Of a stretch of DNA of 20,000 bases, positions 7,100 through 14,905 are shown piece by piece (the stretch's first letter is position 1; each line of letters opens with the position of its first letter). The notes under the pieces are model-generated. The model had not been told where the DNA came from. It saw nothing but the letters and a program-made list of their open reading frames with translations, and searched no databases. Both the position numbers and the translations under genes were made by a program. Origin of the DNA: an uncultured Candidatus Sumerlaeota bacterium (GTDB taxonomy: Bacteria > CAYMEV01); contig CAYMEV010000010.1 of NCBI GenBank assembly GCA_964389675.1, forward strand, positions 106,426-126,425. The letters run 5' to 3'.

Positions 7100-10000
7100 G
7101 TGAGCAGTTATCTTAAGGTTCTTTTTACTGTTATTGTTCTTGTTCTGTGCTTCAGTCTGGCATCATTTGCCTATACTGGATATTACAGCTATCCTGATAT
7201 ACAGAATGGAATGATAGTATTTAACACACAGGACAATCTCTGGATTGTCGATCAGGATGGAGGGCTTGCAAAAAGGATTACAGCAAATCCTCTGGCGAGG
7301 GCAATGGCAAAGATATCTCCGTCCGGCGAATATATTGCCTACTCTGCACTTGTTGACGGTAATATAAATATTTTTGTCATGCCTGTAAACGGAGGCATTC
7401 CAAGGAAACTTACCTATCACCCGTCATATGACCAGGTACTGGGATGGACCCGTGACAGCAAAAATGTCATTTTCAGGTCAGTAAGGCAGGAGGCGAATTA
7501 TGGAACCAATATTTTCATGGTTTCAATTGATGGAGGATATCCGGAGCAGTTAAATATCGGCGTAGCAAGCCTTATCTCCTTTGCTGATGATGAGGATTTC
7601 ATTGCATTTAACACAACGACAAGGGAGTTCAGGACATGGAAGAGATATAAGGGCGGTACAAACATGGATATATGGGCAGGAAGGATCAGCAAAATGGATT
7701 TTAAGAAGCTGACTTCCTTTAAGGGTAATGATGCATTCCCTATGGTTTATAAAGACAGGATATATTTCATTTCGGACAGGAAGGGAAGGAATAATATATT
7801 CTCCATGACATTTGACGGGAAAGACCTAAGACAGCATACAGCATTTGAGGAATATGATATTAATTTTCCATCCCTCGGGAACGGGAAGATCGTTTTCCAG
7901 ATGGCAGGAGATATATATATCTACGACCTGGAAAAAGATGAGGCAAAAAAGGTTGATATAGAAATACCCTCGGAGAATATGAGCGGAATACCGCGTTATG
8001 TCGATGCTGACAGATGGATAAGGAATTACGAGCTTTCACCTGATTCAAAGACAGCCCTGTTCGAGGCAAGGGGAAATCTCTTTCTGGTTCCGGTCAAAGA
8101 GGGAAGGACCAGGACAATTGTCCAGGATTCTTCATTCAGGATTAAATACCCGACATTCAGCAATGATGGGACAAAAATTGCCTATTTCTCAGATGAGACA
8201 GGCAGTGAGAAGCTCTATTATTCAGAGCTCCGTGATAATGCAGAAAGAAAGATGATAGCAAAAAAGCTTTCAGGATGGCATTATCATCCGGTATGGTCCC
8301 CGGATGACACTAAGCTTCTTTTTGCTGATGAGAAATATGCATTGTACATATATGATATAAAGGGTGATAATATCATTCTTGTGGACAGGTCTGATCTGTC
8401 AGAAATTAGAAACTACAGCTGGTCACCTGATGGAAAATACATAGCTTATGCAAAAACAGAACCCAATTCATTCAGCTCCATTTTCATATATGACCTCTCT
8501 GACAGATCGGTACACAGGGTTACAGAATCTGCTACCGATGACAGCAGCCCTGACTGGGATCCAGAGGGGAGATACCTGTTCTTCCTGTCTTCAAGGCAGT
8601 TCAGTCCCATGATAGGAAATATTGATTTTGAGACAATTATGACTCAGATGGATAAGCCCTATATGGTGCTCTTAAATAAAGACATTAAGAATCCCCTGCT
8701 GCCTGTTGAACCTGAAGAACAGCAGGAAGAGGGATTCTTCGGCAGGATGGGCGATTTCAGCAAAATGCAGATGCCGCCTGATAAGGGTATGCCCGGGAAA
8801 AAGGAAGAGAAAGTGGAAGTAAAGCCTGATTTTGATGAAATTCAGAACAGGATATTTGAGCTTCCTGTTCCTGCCGGCAATTATTCCAACCTTACTGCGG
8901 TCAAGGATAAGATCTTTTTCCTGGCAGGAGAAGATTATAAGATGAATCCGGATCGTGATTTTATGGATTTCGGCCGTTACAGCTACAAAATTATATCATT
9001 TGACCTCAAGGAAAGAGAGCATTCTGAATTTGCAAGTGGTGTTACAGGATATCATGTATCTGCGAAGAAGGATAAAATGATGTACTGTATTAATGGCAGA
9101 TATAAGGTTGTTAATCTCGAGTTTGGCTCATTTGGCGGTTTTGGCCAGATGGGGGACTTCAGTAATATGATGGGGGACATGAAGGGCTTTTCAAAAAAAT
9201 TTATGGATGGTTTTGTAGATACCTCGAATATCAACCTTGCAGTCAATCCGCAGGAGGAATGGGAACAGATATTTGATGAGGCTGTAAGGCTTCAGAAGCT
9301 TTTATACTGGGCTCACAACCTTGCCGGTATTGACTGGGATTCAGCAGCTGAGCAGTACAGAAAACTGCTGCCGAGGATATCAACAAGATCGGAACTGAAC
9401 TTCCTTATAGGTGAGCTTATTGGAGAGCTGGCGACAGGCCATACATATATTTTTGGAGGAGATTCAGGTATCAGGCAGGAACGCATATCTACAGGGCTGC
9501 TTGGTGCAGATATTGAGGTTGATAATGGTTTTTACAGGATAAAAAAGATAATGCATGGCGATCTGTATTACAGGAAGGTATATTCTCCGCTTTCAATATA
9601 TCCAGAAATTCAGGAAGGTGATTATATATTAAAGATCAATGGCATTCCTGTCACATCAAAAGACAATATATACCAGTATCTTGAGAACCTTGGGGATAAG
9701 GAGGTCCTCCTGGCTGTCTCAAAGGATACTGACATAAAGAATGCCAGGGAATACAAGGTCAGGACACTGAGCAATGAAGGCTATCTCAGGTATATTGACT
9801 GGGTTAATGCGAACAGGGATTATGTAAGCAGAATATCCGGAGGCAAAATTGGATATATCCATATTCCTGATATGAGTGCATCAGGCATGGTTGAATTTAA
9901 TAAGCAGTATTATAACCAGCTTGACAAGGAAGGAATGATCGTTGATGTAAGATTCAATGGCGGGGGATTTGTATCCCAGCTTATTATTGAAAGGCTGAAA

Positions 10001-10495
10001 AGGGACCTTATTTTTATGGATTATATGAGGCATGGAGATAAAATGGGAACATATCCTCACAGAACGTTTATGGGCCACATGGTCTGCCTGATAAATGAAA
10101 ATGCCGGTTCTGACGGAGATATTTTTCCCGAAGCCTTCAAAAAATCCGGTTTGGGGCCTCTTATAGGTACAACAACCTGGGGAGGAGTGATAGGGATCAG
10201 GATGGACAAGCCTTTTGTTGACGGAGGCCTGATGTCGATACCTGAGTATGCTCACTATGATCCTGAACGTGGATGGACACTTGAGAATATAGGTGTTGAT
10301 CCGGATATAGAGGTAATCAACAGGCCGCAGGACCTTGCAAAAGGACTTGACCCTCAGCTCGATAAAGGTATTGAAGTCCTGCAGCAGAAGATAAAAGACT
10401 TCCCGATAGAGAAGGTTGAAATAAAGCCTTTCCCGAATAAAAGTATTGATCAGTGGATCAAATACTGGGAAGAAATAGGGGTTGATACTCCTTAA
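7100..10495 (+). CDS. Tricorn protease homolog (peptidase S41) with Sec signal peptide, paralog 1
   Basis: Signal peptide ending ASFA, PD40/beta-propeller repeats (SPSG, WSPDG, WDPEGRYLFFLS), WKRYKGG, ELATGHTY (His), PDZ-like region, GYIHIPDM, DVRFNGGG, NENAGSDGD (Ser codon 10109-10111), TWGGVIG, LENIGVDPDIEV. Confidence 0.95.
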   Translation: MSSYLKVLFTVIVLVLCFSLASFAYTGYYSYPDIQNGMIVFNTQDNLWIVDQDGGLAKRITANPLARAMAKISPSGEYIAYSALVDGNINIFVMPVNGGIPRKLTYHPSYDQVLGWTRDSKNVIFRSVRQEANYGTNIFMVSIDGGYPEQLNIGVASLISFADDEDFIAFNTTTREFRTWKRYKGGTNMDIWAGRISKMDFKKLTSFKGNDAFPMVYKDRIYFISDRKGRNNIFSMTFDGKDLRQHTAFEEYDINFPSLGNGKIVFQMAGDIYIYDLEKDEAKKVDIEIPSENMSGIPRYVDADRWIRNYELSPDSKTALFEARGNLFLVPVKEGRTRTIVQDSSFRIKYPTFSNDGTKIAYFSDETGSEKLYYSELRDNAERKMIAKKLSGWHYHPVWSPDDTKLLFADEKYALYIYDIKGDNIILVDRSDLSEIRNYSWSPDGKYIAYAKTEPNSFSSIFIYDLSDRSVHRVTESATDDSSPDWDPEGRYLFFLSSRQFSPMIGNIDFETIMTQMDKPYMVLLNKDIKNPLLPVEPEEQQEEGFFGRMGDFSKMQMPPDKGMPGKKEEKVEVKPDFDEIQNRIFELPVPAGNYSNLTAVKDKIFFLAGEDYKMNPDRDFMDFGRYSYKIISFDLKEREHSEFASGVTGYHVSAKKDKMMYCINGRYKVVNLEFGSFGGFGQMGDFSNMMGDMKGFSKKFMDGFVDTSNINLAVNPQEEWEQIFDEAVRLQKLLYWAHNLAGIDWDSAAEQYRKLLPRISTRSELNFLIGELIGELATGHTYIFGGDSGIRQERISTGLLGADIEVDNGFYRIKKIMHGDLYYRKVYSPLSIYPEIQEGDYILKINGIPVTSKDNIYQYLENLGDKEVLLAVSKDTDIKNAREYKVRTLSNEGYLRYIDWVNANRDYVSRISGGKIGYIHIPDMSASGMVEFNKQYYNQLDKEGMIVDVRFNGGGFVSQLIIERLKRDLIFMDYMRHGDKMGTYPHRTFMGHMVCLINENAGSDGDIFPEAFKKSGLGPLIGTTTWGGVIGIRMDKPFVDGGLMSIPEYAHYDPERGWTLENIGVDPDIEVINRPQDLAKGLDPQLDKGIEVLQQKIKDFPIEKVEIKPFPNKSIDQWIKYWEEIGVDTP

Positions 10496-10516
10496 AAACC
10501 CTCTTTTTTTGGTTAG

Positions 10517-10549
10517 AAAAGCACGGCTTATGCCGTGCTTTTTTATTTT
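10517..10549 (+). terminator. Rho-independent terminator after tricorn paralog 1
   Basis: AAAAGCACGGC-TTAT-GCCGTGCTTTT is a perfect hairpin (10517-10542) running into TTTTTTATTTT, starting 22 nt after the stop codon. Confidence 0.9.
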
Positions 10550-10587
10550 AAACCAATGATAAATACAATATAAATTCAGGTATAATA

Positions 10588-10615
10588 AGAACAAATCTGG
10601 AGCATTTTCCGTATA
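10588..10615 (+). promoter_or_regulatory. Putative ECF-sigma promoter of tricorn paralog 2
   Basis: AGAAC(10588-10592)-N17-CGTATA(10610-10615) lies downstream of the terminator and shares AACAAA...CGTATA with the paralog 1 upstream region. SD GGAGGT at 10651-10656. Confidence 0.5.
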
Positions 10616-10666
10616 CAACTATACATCTTAAATTATGCAAATAAATACCCGGAGGTAGAGCTTTTT

Positions 10667-13600
10667 ATGCTTAAAAAATTAATCTTGTTCGCCGCTCTTA
10701 TTGTTTTGATTCCATTAACAGGCATTTTTGCACATACAGGATACTACTACTATCCTGACATAAACGGGAATGAGGTCATCTTTTCATCCCGCGGATCAGT
10801 CTGGAAGGTAGAAACACAAGGCGGAGACGCAGAAATTGTAACTTCCATGAAATCAAATTATGTGTCTGCAAAGCTTTCTCCTGACAGCAGGCATATTGCT
10901 TATTCAATATCCATTGACGGCAATATAGATATATATCTTATGAATAAAGGGGGAGGGATACCCAAAAGGCTGACATATCACCCTTCCAGGGATAATGTTC
11001 TGGGGTTTACCCCTGAAGGCGATTATGTAGTATTTTCATCATCCAGGTCACATCCTCACCGCAGGCCCAATATATGGAAGGTAAGCATCAACGGAGGCAT
11101 GCCTGAAATGATTGAGATAGGGAAAGCAGACCTTATAAGTTTTGACAGCAGTGGTGATTTTATTGCTTTTAACAGGAATGCTTCTCCTCATGCAACATGG
11201 AAAAGGTATAAAGGTGGAAGAATGTCCGAGATATGGGCAGGCAGCCTCAGCAAAATGGATTTTACGCAGATTACCGACTTTGAGGGAAGCAATAAATTTC
11301 CCATGATATACGGGAAAAGAATATATTTCCTGTCGGACAGAAAGGGGAGAAACAACCTGTTCTCAATGGATTATGACGGGGGGAATATCAAACAGCATAC
11401 CTTTTATGAGGATTTTGACATCAATTATCCCTCATTGGGGGGAGGATCCATAGTTTTTCAGAAAGGCGGGGATATATTCAAATATATTATTGAAGATGAT
11501 AATTCGGTAAAACTTGAGATAAACCTCCCAGTAGATAATCTTACATCCAGAACCATTTATGAAAATGCAGCTGACTGGATTAATAGCTTTGAGCTGTCGG
11601 CGGAGGCTCAGAGAGTCCTCCTTGATATCAGAGGGAATATCTATCTTGCTCCTGTCAGGGAAGGAAGGGTCGTTTCTGTTGCATGTTCACCGGGTATCAG
11701 GTTCAAGAACCCTGCTATGAACAGTGATGGATCAAAAATTGCCTATTTTTCAGATGAAAGCGGTACTGAACAGCTGTATATCTCAAAAGCTGAAGATAAT
11801 GCCGAAAGGGTACAGCTTACCGATAAGCTGGACGGATGGTACAACAGGATATGCTGGTCCCCTGATGATGAAAGGATCGCATTTTCCGATGAGAAACTTG
11901 CACTTCATATTTATGATTTCAAGACAAAGAAAACTGTTTTAATCGACAGGTCTGAATGGTCCGAAATAGATGATTATTCATGGTCGCCATGCGGTATGTT
12001 CCTGAGCTATGCAAAAAGGGTAGATAATAATCTGTCAAATATTTACATCTATGATATCGAAGAAGGAAAGTCACATCTGATCACAAAATCCATAGCAGAT
12101 GACAGGAATCCTGTCTGGGGCCCTGAAGGCCAGTACCTGTACTTTTTATCGGAAACTCAGTTCAGCCCTTTAATGGACCATATTGATCACGAGGCCATAA
12201 TAACAAAATTGGTAAGGCCTCATATAGTACTGCTGACAAGTGAGGTGAAGAATCCCCTTCTGCCAAGAGACTGGCAGGAACTGGCTAATCTGGATAAGCC
12301 AGGAAAGGAGGAAAGCAGTAAAGAGGACAGCGAAAAACCTGAAAAAATCAGGACAAGGATAGAGTATGAGGGAATTGAAAAAAGGATATTCCCCCTTCCT
12401 GTGAGATCAGGAAACTATCACAGATTATCTGCGGTCAAGGATAAGGTATATTTTATGGACAGAAAAGACAGAAGATGGATGGCAGATAGACAATATTATG
12501 ACAATGAGTACTTCAAGAGGACTCTATATTCATATAATATAAAGGAAAGGAAGTTCGAAGAGGTTCTGGACGGCATTGACGCCTACAGTATTTCAGTGAA
12601 AAAGGATAAGATACTGTATCTGAAAGGCAGTTCATTAAGGCTGGGCGAAGATATCATAAACCTGAACGATATTAATCTGGCAGTAATGCCTTCAATGGAA
12701 TGGGAACAGATATTTAACGAAGCTGTCAGGCTTCAGAGGCTTCTTTACTGGGCCCCCAACATTGGGAATATTGACTGGTACAAGTATGCTGAACGGTACA
12801 GAAAAGCCCTTTTCCGCATAGGTACAAGGTCAGAGCTGAATATGCTGATAGGAGAGCTTATCGGAGAGCTTGCTACTTCGCATACCTATATATTTACTGG
12901 AGGGTCTGATTTCTCTGAAGACAGCATTAATATAGGACTTCTTGGAGCGGATATAGTTGCAGAAAATGATAGATTCAGGATAAAAAATATATATGAAGGT
13001 GATGCTTTCTATGCAAATGTATGGTCACCGCTTTCTATACATCCCATAAAAGCAGGAGATTATATAATCTCAGTAAATGGCATTTCTCTGTCCACAGAGA
13101 ATAATTTCTATTCATACTTTGAAAACCTTGCTGACAGGGAGATAATAATCGGTATATCTCATGATGCTTATTCGGGAAAGGTAGAGGATTACAGGGTAAG
13201 GCCCGTGTCTTCTGAATATTATCTGAGGTATTATGACTGGGTTTACGGCAACAGGGAATATGTTGATGAAAAGTCAGGTGGAAGGATCGGATATGTCCAT
13301 ATCCCTGACATGTCAGGATTTGGCCTTGTGGAGTTTTTCAAGCAGTATTTTAACCAGATAAATAAGGATGCTATTATCATTGATGACAGATACAATGGAG
13401 GGGGGAATGTCTCCCAGATAATCCTGGAAAAACTGAGAAGGGAGCTTTCATACCTCAGTGTATCAAGATATACTTCTCCGAGAACATCACCGAGAAATGT
13501 CTTTTTAGGGCATCTGGCCTGCCTTATAAATGAGGATGCCGGATCTGACGGCGACCTCTTCCCTGAAGCCTTCAGGATGTACGGCCTTGGCAAGCTTATC

Positions 13601-13921
13601 GGGACAAAGACCTGGGGAGGTGTAGTTGGAATAAGATCAGATAAGCCTTTTGTGGACGGGGGGATGATGACCATACCGGAGTTTTGCAATTATCATATTG
13701 ACAGGGGCTGGATACTTGAGAATGAGGGAGTTGTCCCGGATATTGAAGTAGCAGAACTGCCCCAGGATTACTCAAGGAAAATTGATCGTCAGCTGGATAA
13801 GGCAATTGATGTTCTTGCCGGTGAACTGGCTGCTGAGCCTGTAGAAAAACCTCATAAATTTCCTTACCCGGACAATACTATTGATGCATGGATTAAATTT
13901 TGGGAAGATAAAAATCAGTAA
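10667..13921 (+). CDS. Tricorn protease homolog (peptidase S41) with Sec signal peptide, paralog 2
   Basis: Signal peptide MLKKLILFAALIVLIPLTGIFA, propeller repeats, WKRYKGG, ELATSHTY, GYVHIPDM, DDRYNGGG, NEDAGSDGD (Ser codon 13544-13546), TWGGVVG, LENEGVVPDIEV. Collinear with paralog 1. Confidence 0.95.
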   Translation: MLKKLILFAALIVLIPLTGIFAHTGYYYYPDINGNEVIFSSRGSVWKVETQGGDAEIVTSMKSNYVSAKLSPDSRHIAYSISIDGNIDIYLMNKGGGIPKRLTYHPSRDNVLGFTPEGDYVVFSSSRSHPHRRPNIWKVSINGGMPEMIEIGKADLISFDSSGDFIAFNRNASPHATWKRYKGGRMSEIWAGSLSKMDFTQITDFEGSNKFPMIYGKRIYFLSDRKGRNNLFSMDYDGGNIKQHTFYEDFDINYPSLGGGSIVFQKGGDIFKYIIEDDNSVKLEINLPVDNLTSRTIYENAADWINSFELSAEAQRVLLDIRGNIYLAPVREGRVVSVACSPGIRFKNPAMNSDGSKIAYFSDESGTEQLYISKAEDNAERVQLTDKLDGWYNRICWSPDDERIAFSDEKLALHIYDFKTKKTVLIDRSEWSEIDDYSWSPCGMFLSYAKRVDNNLSNIYIYDIEEGKSHLITKSIADDRNPVWGPEGQYLYFLSETQFSPLMDHIDHEAIITKLVRPHIVLLTSEVKNPLLPRDWQELANLDKPGKEESSKEDSEKPEKIRTRIEYEGIEKRIFPLPVRSGNYHRLSAVKDKVYFMDRKDRRWMADRQYYDNEYFKRTLYSYNIKERKFEEVLDGIDAYSISVKKDKILYLKGSSLRLGEDIINLNDINLAVMPSMEWEQIFNEAVRLQRLLYWAPNIGNIDWYKYAERYRKALFRIGTRSELNMLIGELIGELATSHTYIFTGGSDFSEDSINIGLLGADIVAENDRFRIKNIYEGDAFYANVWSPLSIHPIKAGDYIISVNGISLSTENNFYSYFENLADREIIIGISHDAYSGKVEDYRVRPVSSEYYLRYYDWVYGNREYVDEKSGGRIGYVHIPDMSGFGLVEFFKQYFNQINKDAIIIDDRYNGGGNVSQIILEKLRRELSYLSVSRYTSPRTSPRNVFLGHLACLINEDAGSDGDLFPEAFRMYGLGKLIGTKTWGGVVGIRSDKPFVDGGMMTIPEFCNYHIDRGWILENEGVVPDIEVAELPQDYSRKIDRQLDKAIDVLAGELAAEPVEKPHKFPYPDNTIDAWIKFWEDKNQ

Positions 13922-13935
13922 GGTGAAAGGTCTTT

Positions 13936-14748
13936 ATTAAAATAAACGCAAATAATATTTCTATTGCCTGCAGTATTAAGGGCTGTGAAAATCCCGAAAA
14001 ATCAGGTAAGCAGAGCATACTTTTTATAACAGGATATGGAGGCCTCATGGAGATGTGGCCTCCTGTGCTTATCAATCTGCTTTCTGAAAGATTATGCATA
14101 ATTACGTTCGACAACAGGGGAATGGGTTTTTCTACAGCTGATGACAGGGAATTTTCAGTCGAGCTTTTTGCCAGAGACACTATAGAGTTGCTTGACAGGC
14201 TGAAAGTAAGGTCTGCTCATATCGCAGGCTGGTCCATGGGGTCTTTTATTGCACAGGAGATAGCAATAAGAGATCCTGAAAGGGTAAGGAAACTGATACT
14301 CATGGGTGCTTCTTGCGGAGGGGATGAGGCATTATGGCCGGATGATGAGACCTGGAATGCTGTCATAGACCTTAAGGGAACAATGAAAGAAAGGGTTGGA
14401 AGAATGTTCAGCAATCTTTTCCCGGCCTCCTGGCTGAATAAAAATCCTGATCCATCGCTTTTTTTCCCGGAAATAAGATCTCCTGTAAGGGATGATATAC
14501 TCAAAAGGCAGGCAGATACGCTGAAAAGCTGGAAGGGATCATTCCCACGGAGAGACTGGATATCCTCCGAAACATTGATTATTGCAGGCACTGAGGACAG
14601 GGTCATACCCTTAAAAAATGCATACATATTAGGGGAAGGAATTAAGAATTCCCGTATTGAAGAGATCCAGGGAGGCGGACATGGTTTCTTCTTCCAGTTT
14701 CCGGAAAAAACTGCACAAATAATCCTTGATTTTATCAATTCCGGTTAA
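13936..14748 (+). CDS. Alpha/beta-fold hydrolase (start uncertain; ATT13936 proposed)
   Basis: FDNRGMGFS, nucleophile GWSMG, GTEDRVIP (Asp), GGGHGFF (His). The frame is open upstream of ATG14047 to a TGA at 13924-13926 and encodes KINANNISIACSIKG...ILFITGYGG, the expected first strands and oxyanion loop. Confidence 0.85.
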   Translation: MKINANNISIACSIKGCENPEKSGKQSILFITGYGGLMEMWPPVLINLLSERLCIITFDNRGMGFSTADDREFSVELFARDTIELLDRLKVRSAHIAGWSMGSFIAQEIAIRDPERVRKLILMGASCGGDEALWPDDETWNAVIDLKGTMKERVGRMFSNLFPASWLNKNPDPSLFFPEIRSPVRDDILKRQADTLKSWKGSFPRRDWISSETLIIAGTEDRVIPLKNAYILGEGIKNSRIEEIQGGGHGFFFQFPEKTAQIILDFINSG

Positions 14749-14835
14749 AAGCCTTAATTTAGAAACGATATTATACACATAAGTACCATTTCCATATTCA
14801 GGCATCCAGTGCTGAGCTGGCCATAATAAAATATT

Positions 14836-14864
14836 TTGACAAAAACATATTTTAGCAATAAAAT
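14836..14864 (+). promoter_or_regulatory. Sigma70-type promoter of the hybrid kinase
   Basis: TTGACA(14836-14841)-N17-TAAAAT(14859-14864). SD GGAG at 14895-14898 precedes TTG14906. Confidence 0.7.
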
Positions 14865-14905
14865 ATAATTATAAGCTGTTTTCAAAAAAATTATGGAGAT
14901 TTTAC

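Noticed and set aside
9881..10618. 245-aa minus-strand ORF
   Set aside because: Antisense shadow of the conserved tricorn catalytic domain that also crosses the terminator; no recognisable motifs.
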